A stretch of DNA of 64,000 bases from an uncultured bacterium (GTDB lineage Bacteria; Patescibacteriota; Minisyncoccia; UBA6257; 2-01-FULL-56-20): the NCBI GenBank assembly GCA_963844965.1, contig CAWJQC010000007.1, forward strand, positions 267,719 through 331,718, written 5' to 3'. The position numbers and the translations under genes are program-made. Shown here one piece after another: positions 36,434 through 47,345 of this stretch; the stretch's first letter is position 1, and each line of letters opens with the position of its first letter. The notes beneath the pieces are model-generated. The model saw only the letters and a program-made list of their open reading frames with translations. It was not told the origin of the DNA and searched no databases.

Positions 36434-39225
36434 ATGGCACTGAGCTGGAACGAATTCGATCACGAGCTACTGGCTTCGCAAAAGAGTATGAATCGGCGAA
36501 ACGCCGAGATACAAGATTACGCCGATTTTTCGACAGATTTTTTTAATATCTTTGGCGTCCGGCGTCGTTCGGTTTCTATCTATCAAAAAGCGGTCCAAAA
36601 GATAAATGGCAACACGGGATTTATTAATCTTTTTTGGCCGAGTGTATTGCTCGTTGAACATAAGTCGAAAGGAGAAAACCTCGACAGCGCCTTTCTCCAG
36701 GCAAGCGATTACATCTTAGGACTCCCCGAGGAGGAAAGGCCCCGCTACGTAATTGTCTCTGATTTTGAGCAATTCGTTTATATGATCTCGAAACGGAAAG
36801 TGAAAAAACTGAAATTCACGATATCGCGTTATCAAAACTCGCGTCGCATATACGCCTCTTTGGATTTATAGCTGGCTATAAAGTACGTAAATATAAAGAG
36901 GAAGACCCCGTCAATAAAAAGGCGGTGCGTTTGGTCGTGCAGCTATATCAGGCGCTGTCCGATGGAAATTACCCGAAGGAATATCTCGCGCGTCTTATGG
37001 TCCGTTTCGTGTTTCTCTTTCTTCGCAGACGATGCGGGTATTTTCCCAAAACGTGATATTTTCCGTGATTATATGCTTTATCTCACCAAGGAAAATGGTG
37101 AGGATCTCGGTGGGCACTACATCAAATTTTCGAGATTTTGAATACCCGGAGGATAAGCGCCAGCAGGCCCTTTCTGACGATCTAAAAGACTTTCCCGTAT
37201 GTGAATGGGACTCTTTTTAAGGATCCCTTACCGCTGCCGTTTTTCAATAAGGAAATGCGGAGCGAAATTATCCGCGCAGCGCAATTCGATTGGGGCGCTG
37301 TGTCGCCTGCGATCTTCGGTTCGATGTTCCAATTCGTGATGGATGTTGAGGACAACGATATACGGCACGACTTTGGGGCGCATTATACTTCAGAAAAAAA
37401 TATCTTGAAGGTTGTGGACGGCCTCTTTTTGGACGATATAAAAAATGATCTTGAGGCCGCGGGTCAGAATCGGGCAAAACTGAATGCTCTGTGGGAAAAG
37501 ATCGCCGAGATGCGGCTTCTCGACCCCGCCTGTGGTTGTGGGAACTTCCTTGTCGTTGCCTATCGAGAACTCAGGGTTGTCGAGCTTGAAATCATCACAC
37601 GCCTGTTTCGAGATGAGTTAAAGCGGCTAGAGCAACCAACGCTTGGTATCAAAACCGATGTCTCAAAAATCTCTAAGCTTACTCTCGAGCACATGTTTGG
37701 CATAGAGATTCTTTCGTTCCCGGCGGAGATCGCCCGTCTATCGTTGTGGCTCATTGATCATCAGATGAACGTTATGCTTGGAAGTCTATTCGGGGAATAT
37801 TTCGCGAAGCTTCCTCTTAAAGAGCAACCCCATATTTTTCACGGAGATGCGCTTGCTGTTGATTGGGCGCGACTTGCGCCACAAGGAGATAATTTTTCTT
37901 ATATCCTTGGCAATCCACCCTTCATCGCGAAGCAAGATAAAGTCCTGATCAAAAAGCTGATATGCATAGAATATTTGGCGACTTGAAAGGCGCGGGCGAA
38001 TTAGATTATGTAACGGCATGGTATGCAAAGGCGGCCGATTTCATTCAAGGGACCGGAATCCATTGCGCCTTTGTTTCAACCAACTCGATTACCCAGGGAG
38101 AACAAGCTGGAATTTTATGGCCACTATTGCTCCAGAAAGGAGTCCATATCAATTTCGCGCACAGAAACATTTCGTTGGACAAATGAAGCCCCTGGGCGAG
38201 CTGGTGTGCATTGTGTCATCGTCGGTTTCTCGCTTGAAAAATCGGCTAAGCCGCTTTTATGGGACTACGACGATCCAGCCGGAAATCCCCATCTTGTAAA
38301 AGCAAAAAACATTAATCCATATCTTGTCGATGCTGATGATATTGTCGTTTTACCCCGACGGAAGCCGCTCGCCGATGTCCCGGAAGCGCAATTCGGGAGC
38401 ATGCCGAACGACAGCGGATTTTTACTCTTTGATGACGGGGCCAAAAAGGAAGAGTTTTTACTTCAGGAGCCGGGAGCTGAAAAGTTTATCCGCCCGCTCC
38501 TTTCCGCAAAGGAATATCTAAATGGATCTCTGCGATATTGTTTGTGGCTTAAAGAGGCAACACCTCAAGAATTGCGTTCAATGCCGTACCTCATGCGTCG
38601 CGTTGAAGCCGTACGAACGTATCGCGATCTTTCTTCCCGAGCGGCAACTCGCAAACTTGCCCGAACACCCTACCTTTTTGGAGAAGATCGACAACCAGAA
38701 GGTAATTACGTTCTGATCCCTCGGGTGAGTTCTGAAAGGAGGAGATACATTCCATTTTCGTTTTTTGGGCCGGAGTATATCGCTGGTGATACCTGTATCA
38801 TAGTTCCAAATGCCGCTCCTTATCATTTTGGCGTCCTCCAATCCGTAATGCATATGACATGGATGCGTGCAGTGTGTGGACGCCTCGAATCTCGATATCG
38901 CTATTCAAACGAATTAGTTTATAACAATTTTCCGTGGCCGAAGGATGTTTCTAATGAACAACGGGCGTCGATAGAAAAAGCGGTGCAAAATTTATTGGAC
39001 GTTCGCAAGGGATGTCGCGGAACACTTGCGGATCTGTACGATCCAAACGTGATGCCGCGAGAGCTTCTCGAAGCCCATTCGGCACTCGATAAAGCAGTCG
39101 ATAACGCCTATGGCATGTTCCGTGGCTTCCCCTCGGAAGCTGAGCGATTGAAATTTCTGTTTAAATTGTATGAAGACTACCTCCGTGCGGAGCCTACCCA
39201 ATTCGAGCGTAAGGTTAAGAAATGA
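36434..39225 (+). pseudogene. MmeI-family Type IIL restriction-modification enzyme (N-terminal PD-ExK nuclease + gamma-class N6A MTase + TRD), reading broken across at least 5 frames
   Basis: ORF 36434..36871 MALSWNEF…LFWPSVLLVEHKSKGENLD…QASDY is the conserved MmeI N-terminal endonuclease motif. ORF 37201..37986 has AHYTSE, LDPACGCGNFLVVAYRELR, FGIEILSFPAEIARLSLWLIDHQMN, ILGNPPF. ORF 37962..38186 has CAFVSTNSITQGEQ. ORF 38023..39225 has GRLESRYRYSNELVYNNFPWP and the C-terminal LYDPN…LDKAVDNAYG. Error versus decay is unresolved. Confidence 0.75.
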
Positions 39226-39246
39226 CGGCACCAAATTCAAAAAATA

Positions 39247-42112
39247 ATGGAGTACGTCATCCTCGATATCGAAACTACTGGCCTAGATAAGGAACATTCT
39301 TCTATTATCGAGATAGCTGCTATCCTCGTAGAAAAAGGAGGTGTCAAAAATAGTTATAGCTCTTTTGTTCATTATGATGGCGTTCTCTCGGAAACCGTAA
39401 AGCGGCTAACTGGCATCCAAGAAGAAGATACTCAAAAAAGCTCCACTAATAGCTGCTGTCATTTCTGAGTTGAAAAATTTTATTCAGAAGCGACCCGTTG
39501 TTGCTCATAATGGATATTCCTTCGATTTCTTTTTTCTTGAACGGGAGGGGCTGAAACTGGAAGAAAAATATGACTCTATGGAATTTGCCTTTTTTGTCAT
39601 GCCCACGAACGCTCCTGGCCATTCGATCCCTGCGCTCGCGGAACAATTTAAGTTAGGCGAAGCTCCGCATCGGGCGCTCGGGGATTGCAAGCTCGAACTC
39701 ACAATAATCAATCGTCTTCAAAAGGAATATGGAAAGAGAAAGAAATCAAAACGAGAAGTTCTTGCTCATGCCGCAGGAACGACAGGATGGTGGTGGTCCA
39801 ATTTCCTCTCGGGAGAGAAAGCTCCTACTGATCGAATTTCAAGCCTCATTGAGGCTTATGAGCCATACCGCAAAGAATATCGCGGGGCAGAAATGCTGGG
39901 ATTTCAAACAGAAGTGATCGATATTGCAGAGGTTGAAAAATATTTTCAACCAGCGGTAAAAGCGGGCGAGAAAAACGGAGAGGATGATTACTCGGAAGAT
40001 CGACCCGAACAACGAGAGATGGCGAAAATGGTAGCCACGGCGTTTAACAAGCATAAGCATGCGGTCATAGAAGCCGGTACAGGCACCGGAAAATCAAAAG
40101 CATATCTCGTGCCGTCGCTCCTTTTTGGACTCAAGAACCGCATACCGATGATCATATCGACCCATACCAAAGCACTCCAAGATCAGTTATCCCTCAAAGA
40201 AATACCGCACATAAAGAATCTCATTCGGCCCGATCTGCGCGTTGCTGTTCTCAAGGGAAAACAAAATTACGTCTGCTTGGCAAAATTCGAGATTTTTGCC
40301 GAAGAAACTGTGAAGGAGCTTTCGCAACGATCCTTGTATGAGTTTGGTGAATCGGAAACTCGGTATTCAACACGCCTCGCTTATTTATTGCTCTTCTCGT
40401 GGATTCTTGAAGCTGAGTATGGCGATTGGGACGAGCTGCCATACTGGATCAAAGAGCGGATTCCCAAATATATACAAGCCGAAATCTGCAATATCGATGA
40501 GCTTTGCGGCAATGGGACTTGCGACATCTATGACGCAGAAAAATGTTTCCTTGCTAAGGCCAGGCTTCGCGCACGTGATGCCGATCTTGTGATTGTAAAT
40601 CACGCGCTTGCTCTTATGGGCATCATTATTGAGGATAAGACTCCCGAAATACCCAGTGAGCCAGGCGTCGATGTGCCTCCGAGTAAAATGTATAGTCATA
40701 CGGTCTTTCCTAACGAGTCGAAATTCATCGTATTCGACGAGGCCCAACATCTTGAGGACGACGCAACTTCGGCATGGGAGCATGTGCTCTCCCAGAGTTT
40801 CCTACAACTAATTCTCCAGCAACTTTATGGTAAGCGAGGCGTCCAGCAGCTTGTAAAATCTATCGCCAGCAAAAAAACTGATGAACGACTCACGCGGCTT
40901 GCAGCAAATTTTGAGAGTGGCGAAGGCAACATAAAAATCGGCGTCGAGGCGCTTTTTAAAAATATCTTACCGCACCTCGTTTCCGAAAGTGATACACGGG
41001 AAACTTATACTATGCTCGATGAAATTCCCGATACCTCTCCGGAGCGGAAAGCGCTATTCTCTGAGCTACGGAGCTTGCGGCAACGATTTCTTGATATTGC
41101 AAGAATATTAAGTGAATTTTCGGAAGAAACCGAAGTTCCAAGGATGCGCAAAACCCTTTCCGTCCGCTACAACACTCTTCAACGGATCGTGCGCTCATTC
41201 GATGCCATTCTAGAAAACGATAACGTATATGTGAGATACCTCCAGCGATTCGGTTCAAGCGTTGAAATTAAAGCTGCTCCACTCTCGGTCGGTCCATACC
41301 TGAAAGATTATGTCTACGATAATTTTGCTTCGGTAGTTATGACCTCGGCGACACTCACTGTCGGCAAACGGTTCAATTTCTTCGCGAGCCGCTGTGGGAC
41401 ATTATTAGTCGACAAAGAAAAGATTGGGTACAGACTTTTCCATTCCTCCTTCAACTACGAGAAGCAAGTTAAATTTTTTGTTCCGAAAGGAATTAACTAT
41501 AAAGAAGATCGCGAAACCCATCTTGCGAAAAGCACTGAGTTTCTTAAAAAAGCGATTGTCGCCTCCGGCGGAGGCGCGCTCGTGCTTTGCTCAAGCCACG
41601 ATCAGGTCGGAGAACTTTACCAAGGGCTCTCAAAGACACTTTCTGAAAACAATATTTGGCTTCTCCGGCAGCAGAAAGGCATATCAGTAAGCTCCGTCAT
41701 CAGAGATTTTAGAAGGGACGTCGATTCGGTGCTTATTGGCACCGAGACCCTCTGGCAGGGCATCGATGTTCCCGGGGAATCGCTCCGCAGCCTTTTTATT
41801 TATAAGATTCCATATCGAATGCCTGGCCTTCCTCTCATCAAAGCCCGCCGGAAAGAGATTGAAGATAACGAGCGGGATAGCTTTGCCGAATATTATGAAC
41901 CGCTTGCCGCTCTAATTCTCAAGCAGGGATTCGGGCGGTTGATCCGCAAATCCACTGACATCGGTATCGCCGTACTTCTCGATGAAAACTTTCTTAAAAA
42001 GCCGAGCCTTATGAACTCCCTTCCGGAAGGCGTCCACCCTCAAGCTGCCGAGCCGGAAGCTATTTGCGAAGAACTTCATAAATTACACTTGTTGCGACTG
42101 AAGGAGAGTTAG
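39247..42112 (+). CDS. dinG: bifunctional DnaQ-like 3'-5' exonuclease / DinG-family (Rad3-like) ATP-dependent helicase (frameshift in an A6 run at ~39448)
   Basis: ORF 39247..39468 YVILDIETTGL (Exo I). After an A-run the alternative frame gives …VVAHNGYSFDFFFL (Exo II) and HRALGDCK (Exo III) in ORF 39470..42112. Helicase motifs VIEAGTGTGKSKAYLVPSL, VFDEAQHL (DEAH-like), and C-terminal QGFGRLIR. Confidence 0.8.
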
Positions 42113-42144
42113 CCACAAGCCAGAAAATCAGCTATGCTTTTTCA

Positions 42145-42615
42145 ATGGACGCAACATTCGTAAAAGACCTCATCAAGGGGAAGATTGCCGAAATTATATT
42201 CGAGCAGATGTTTCGTGAGTCCGGCGAGTATACAATTCTCCATTCTGGCTATGAATATACCCTGCCCGAACTCGCGCAGTATCAACATCTCACCGAGATA
42301 AAAGCAGTGATTGAGAACATAAGGAATGCGCCAGATTTCGTTTTAATTTCGCAAGATAAAAAACGGGTTTATCTCGTGGAGGTGAAATATCGGCGCAACC
42401 GCAATCCGCGCGAGCTAAAAAAAATTTGTGAAAATACCCTTCAGATCTGGAATCCTTCGTGGCTTTTTGTAGCATCTCCTGATGGATTTTTCTTTGAGCC
42501 CTGCAACGATGTGGTCAACAAAAATGATGGGCAGATTGGACCCCTCTACGATAAGTGGGTAAAAAACGATGTTCAATCGGAATATCTGAAACTCCTGAAT
42601 CAGTTTGAGCTTTAA
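42145..42615 (+). CDS. small PD-(D/E)xK nuclease-fold protein (Hjc/restriction-endonuclease-like)
   Basis: 156 aa: …APDFVLISQDKKRVYLVEVKYR… gives a D…E-V-K arrangement with flanking strands consistent with a PD-(D/E)xK core. Confidence 0.4.
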   Translation: MDATFVKDLIKGKIAEIIFEQMFRESGEYTILHSGYEYTLPELAQYQHLTEIKAVIENIRNAPDFVLISQDKKRVYLVEVKYRRNRNPRELKKICENTLQIWNPSWLFVASPDGFFFEPCNDVVNKNDGQIGPLYDKWVKNDVQSEYLKLLNQFEL

Positions 42616-42622
42616 ATTGAGA

Positions 42623-44081
42623 TTAACCAATCTCTTTTTCCAAGTTCTCCAATATGCGTACCATCGCCATCGTGTCGAGGCCACAATAGAGCAGCATGTC
42701 CCGCTTGAGTTTTTCCTTTTCAGCTAGTGGCGTCTTGGAATCCGTAAGCCGCGGCCAGCTGACAGACGCCGTGCTCCCTTCCTGAATGGCGAGATTCTGA
42801 TACGAAAGTTCGGGCACGAGGACCGGGAGAATCGCCTTGATGGACGCGCTCCCATGGAAACCTTGCATCCACGAACATCTTTTTCTTAAATATAAGCATC
42901 AGGTCGTAGACGCGGTTGTTCACCGCCTCCATGAAATCGGCATATTCTGGATATTGCTCTCCGATCTCCTTATTCCTTGGCACTTCGAATGGAGCGAACC
43001 ATACGATGACAGTTCCTTTCGTGCCGATATCCGTTTTGAGTTGCGCCACCATCTCCGGAATGGGATTTGCGTCCTTCACCGCCAAAAACTCCTTTTGCTC
43101 CGCCTCGGCCTTGGGCGTTTTCTTAATGTGAAGTGAGTATTGAAAAACTATCTTCTGCCACGGACGCGTGCCGTCATAGGGTGGTATGGGTGAGGCAAAC
43201 GTTTCATAATCCAAAAAGTAGATTGGGTAAACGAGCGCCGCGAGTTCCTTTTTTATCATCGCGGCATCCATCGTTTTTTCCACTGGCGTATACCCAAGGC
43301 CACGCAGAAATACCGCAGAGAGCGAATTCGCGTCAAGAGTTCCTTTTTTCAACAAGCTGAGGGTGAAGGCTGGTGGCCAGTTCTTGACATCCAATTTTTT
43401 TGCCGGGGCCTTGGAGAGGTAAAATTCCAAGTGGTCGCACGAACCAGTCTTCGACTTGCACGAAAGGATAACGCGATTGTCCGGGAAGTCCTCGATGGCG
43501 AGGAGGGCGAGGGAATCTGCTATGCTTGTTTTAATCTCAGGCACAAGATCACGCGCCTCATCAGTCACATCCTCAGTTATAAAAAACTTCTTGGGCTCTA
43601 CGTTCCCTTTCCGTACATATTCATTGTTTACATGAATAATGAAAGTTTTCCCCACTTTGATGCCAGCTTCTTCAAAACAAATGAGCTGGAACGCAACATC
43701 GCGTAAGTCCTCCGGCCGAACCTTTGTTGCACTCTTCACCTCGCGGATATCGTAAGCATCCGCCGTTTGATCATAGGTCACAATATCTGCGCGGCAGGTC
43801 AATCCGGTCTTTGTGACGACGGTCGGCTGGAAAATAACTTTTTGTTTTTCGTCAAAGAGTGTTTTGCTTTTGCGCCAACCTTCCTCGTTAAAATCAAAAA
43901 GTTCTATGCCATCCTTATAGAGCTGCTTTGCGAGTATATCCACCTTTTCACCTTCCTGTTGATGGAAGATCTCTGATGCCGAGGGAAGCGGCATAAGATG
44001 TTTGCCTTTTCTCGCCATCCAAAGGTAACAACCGCATTCGAGAAAGTTCTTGTAGTCGGTCTTCGTGAACAGTTTAGCCAT
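42623..44081 (-). CDS. DUF2779 family protein (PD-(D/E)xK/Cas4-related nuclease superfamily), frameshift near 42870
   Basis: MAKLFTKTDYKNFLECGCYLWMA…, YFLDYETF, and a C-terminal block in ORF 42623..42868 (…GSASIKAILPVLVPELSYQNLAIQEGSTAS…YCGLDTMAMVRI) matching DUF2779 termini. Two ORFs overlap in different frames. Confidence 0.55.
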
Positions 44082-44377
44082 AGTTAGTTCTTCATTTCTA
44101 TCACGTTGAGCAGCTTTTCGCAAAAGATGAAGGGACGTCAGGAACCCTCAAAAAATATTGTCAAACTGGCTCCAAACGTGATACCTTTTAGGTAATTGAA
44201 TATCAGATAGATCGCCTAAACCACGCATTTTGCATGGCATGGCATTACGCAGAATCTCCCTTCCAGATACCAAACGCCACGTTTGGCGACTTCTGGAAGG
44301 GAGTCACTCCGAAAGGGGTGGGGCCGCAAGGCCCAAGCCAGCGTGGCGTTTTGTGTTCTCTATTTTAAAACAAACCC

Positions 44378-45289
44378 ATGGCCTTATTCTCCATCTCAAA
44401 CGGCAGCACGAAGAAAATATCATCCGTGAAAATCGGGCTTGAAAAAGACGTCCAAAAACTCTTCGAGAAAAACCTTGAGGAGATTTTGAATATCACATTC
44501 CTAGCATCAGAGTATTCAACGAGCTTCGGCGGACGAATCGATACGCTGGGTATGGATCATAACGGAGCGCCAGTGATCATTGAATATAAGCGGTCGCAAA
44601 ATGATAGCGTCATCAACCAAGGCCTGTCATACCTCCGATGGCTTCTTGATCACAAAGCGGATTTTGAAGCGCTGGCGCACCGATTAAAAATTGAGATTGA
44701 AATTGATTGGGCTTCTCCGCGCGTTATCTGCGTGGCCGAGAGTTACAATAAATTTGACCTCGATACCGCCGATCTTCTGCCGATGAACATAGAACTGTTA
44801 CGCTACAAGATTTATGAACAAAACATTCTTCTCGTTGAACCAGAAGTGCAACGCAAAATAAAAATATCCACGTCGGAAGTATTCGAGAAAACAACGCGGG
44901 AGAGGCACGAGTTTAAAGAACAGATCAAACACACCATCGAAGATCATTTGAAATCAGCAAATCCCGCCATCCGCGATCTTTTTGCCGCCATGAAAGAGAA
45001 AGTTCTTGCGCTTGACGAATCAATCAGCGAGGAGCCGAAAGCGCATTACATTGCCTACAAACTGGTGAATAATTTTGTGGATGTTGCGGTGCAAAAGGAC
45101 GCCTTAAAAATTTTCCTCAACATCACGAGCGGCGCGTTAAATGATCCGACATCTCTGGCCCGCGACCTTACTAAGCCGAAACCCGTTGGCCACTGGGGTA
45201 ACGGCGACTACGAACTCAAGCTTGATCAACGGGAAAATCTCAATGCTGTGATGGCGCTCATCAAGCAAAGTTACGAATACAACAAGTAA
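44378..45289 (+). CDS. NucS/DUF91-like PD-(D/E)xK nuclease-domain protein with uncharacterised C-terminal domain
   Basis: 303 aa: …GGRIDTLGMDHNGAPVIIEYKRSQND… resembles the NucS/EndoMS-type nuclease motif. It is preceded by a long perfect hairpin at ~44262-44330. Confidence 0.4.
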   Translation: MALFSISNGSTKKISSVKIGLEKDVQKLFEKNLEEILNITFLASEYSTSFGGRIDTLGMDHNGAPVIIEYKRSQNDSVINQGLSYLRWLLDHKADFEALAHRLKIEIEIDWASPRVICVAESYNKFDLDTADLLPMNIELLRYKIYEQNILLVEPEVQRKIKISTSEVFEKTTRERHEFKEQIKHTIEDHLKSANPAIRDLFAAMKEKVLALDESISEEPKAHYIAYKLVNNFVDVAVQKDALKIFLNITSGALNDPTSLARDLTKPKPVGHWGNGDYELKLDQRENLNAVMALIKQSYEYNK

Positions 45290-45416
45290 AGCCCTTGTTC
45301 AGAAATACTGAAAATCCCCGCTGTAAACCAGAGGAGGTTTTCGGTTTCTTTTTCCATCCGCCCTAAAATAGCGCGGCGATTTTTCGTGTTCAAAAATAAA
45401 CTAATTTATCATCACT

Positions 45417-47345
45417 ATGGCAAAACGAGGAAGACCGCCGAAAAATCAATTGACGGTCGCGCAACCAAAAACCGAATGTGCTCCGGACATGAGTAGTCTC
45501 AATAAGATGCCGAAGTATTGTTTGTACGCGAGGAAGTCATCGGAGAGCGAAGAACGGCAGGCACTCTCCATCGACTCACAGGTCAAGGAGATGTATAAGA
45601 TCGCGGAGCGCGATCATCTCTCGGTCGTTGAAGTACTGACCGAATCACACTCTGCAAAAAGCACCGGATGCCGACCGATCTTTAACCAGATGGTTATAGG
45701 TGTTAAGGATGGCCGCTTTGAGGGCATTCTTACCTGGGCACCGGATCGTCTGAGTCGCAACGCAGGCGACTTGGGCCAGCTGGTCGATCTTATGGACAAC
45801 GGCCATCTTGCGGAAATCCGCACGTTCGGGCAGATATTCAAAAATTCGCCCAACGAAAAATTCTTGCTTATGATTCTCTGCTCACAGGCGAAACTCGAAA
45901 ATGATAACAAGAGCGAGAACGTGAAGCGAGGTCTCCGTGCTGCCGCCGAGCGAGGATATCGCCCAGGCGTCGCACTTGTGGGATACACGAACAGTTATCG
46001 CAGGGATCATCCCGGCGAAGTGGTAATTGATAAACTGCGAGCCCCAATCATAAAGCTTATGTTTGAGAAAGCCGCAAATGGATGGTCAGCGCGGAAGTTG
46101 GTGGTCTGGCTTCGCGGTATCAACTTTACGACGCGCAACGGAACATATCTCTATCTAAGCAGTGTTCATACGCTGTTGCAGAACCACTTTTACTACGGCA
46201 CGTTCGAATACCCTCGGGGCAGCGGCGCATGGCACAAAGGAAATCATAAACCGCTCATTACCAAGGATATGTTCGACCGTGTTCAAGCGCAGATTGAACG
46301 ACGGCGCACCTCGCGCCGCTCGGAGCGGAAATCTTTTGGATTCACCCAGCTCATGCATTGCGGCATCTGTGGCTCCGGCGTTTCCGCCGAAGAAAAATTT
46401 AAGAAACTGGTAGACGGTTCACAGGCCCGCTATGTCTACTACGGATGCAATCGTTCCAAGGGGGTGAAGTGTACCAATACTTACATCCGTGAGGATTTTC
46501 TGGTCCGGCAGTTTGTGAACATCATCGACGAGATATCGCTCGACGAGCTTGGCATACGAAAACTTCTCGGCGAGGAAACTGAGCGTGTCTTTCGGTTTCA
46601 CAATGATGTCATGGGCGATCCTAACGCTTCGGAAACTCAAGAGAAAAAAGATATCGACATTAAAACCTACGCTAAATATCTACTCGCAAGAGGCAACGCC
46701 GAAGAAAAAAGATTACTACTATGCAACATTCAGAACCGACTGATCCTTCGGGATAAAGCCGTATATCTGGAAGAAGTAGGCGGTCTTACCTGGAAGGACT
46801 ATATTGGCCATATGAGAAAGTGCGCGAACTGCGGATCAAAAAACGTGAACGAGAGCGGACCGTATGCGAACTGGAAATTCGGCGATACGCCAATCGACGA
46901 CACGCCGCGGATCGTGTATTTCGCTTGTCTCGACTGTGAGCAATCGTGGAAGCAGGTCAACGAGAATATCTTGCGATTAATGCGCGAGTATGTGGTGGTG
47001 CCAGAGGGAAACGGGGCGTGGATTAAAACACCTGGCGGCTCGGAGTTTTTCGCGACGCCGTCTTTCGCCGCGCGGTTCAGAGACACGGTGGAGATAGACG
47101 GCAAAAAAGTGCCACCGAAAAAAATTCTCGGGGAAATGCTGTACTGGCCAGACAGGAACGCTTACGAGACGACGATCGAATATGACGACGGAAGCGAACG
47201 GACATTTGATATCCCAAGTCTTCGTGGCAGGAACAATACAGAAGAAGGCATGAAGCCGATCAGCAATAAGGATGGTCTTATGGAGTACAAAGAAGGTAAG
47301 ATGCAAACTTATTTCGGTCGCGGTCTCCAATATGACGGCCGATAA
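45417..47345 (+). CDS. large serine recombinase (phage-type serine integrase), intact
   Basis: 642 aa: resolvase domain (LYARKSSESEERQALSIDSQ…ILTWAPDRLSRNAGDL), recombinase domain, zinc ribbon (CGICGS…YYGCNRSKGVKC), coiled coil and a second C4 motif. Confidence 0.85.
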   Translation: MAKRGRPPKNQLTVAQPKTECAPDMSSLNKMPKYCLYARKSSESEERQALSIDSQVKEMYKIAERDHLSVVEVLTESHSAKSTGCRPIFNQMVIGVKDGRFEGILTWAPDRLSRNAGDLGQLVDLMDNGHLAEIRTFGQIFKNSPNEKFLLMILCSQAKLENDNKSENVKRGLRAAAERGYRPGVALVGYTNSYRRDHPGEVVIDKLRAPIIKLMFEKAANGWSARKLVVWLRGINFTTRNGTYLYLSSVHTLLQNHFYYGTFEYPRGSGAWHKGNHKPLITKDMFDRVQAQIERRRTSRRSERKSFGFTQLMHCGICGSGVSAEEKFKKLVDGSQARYVYYGCNRSKGVKCTNTYIREDFLVRQFVNIIDEISLDELGIRKLLGEETERVFRFHNDVMGDPNASETQEKKDIDIKTYAKYLLARGNAEEKRLLLCNIQNRLILRDKAVYLEEVGGLTWKDYIGHMRKCANCGSKNVNESGPYANWKFGDTPIDDTPRIVYFACLDCEQSWKQVNENILRLMREYVVVPEGNGAWIKTPGGSEFFATPSFAARFRDTVEIDGKKVPPKKILGEMLYWPDRNAYETTIEYDDGSERTFDIPSLRGRNNTEEGMKPISNKDGLMEYKEGKMQTYFGRGLQYDGR

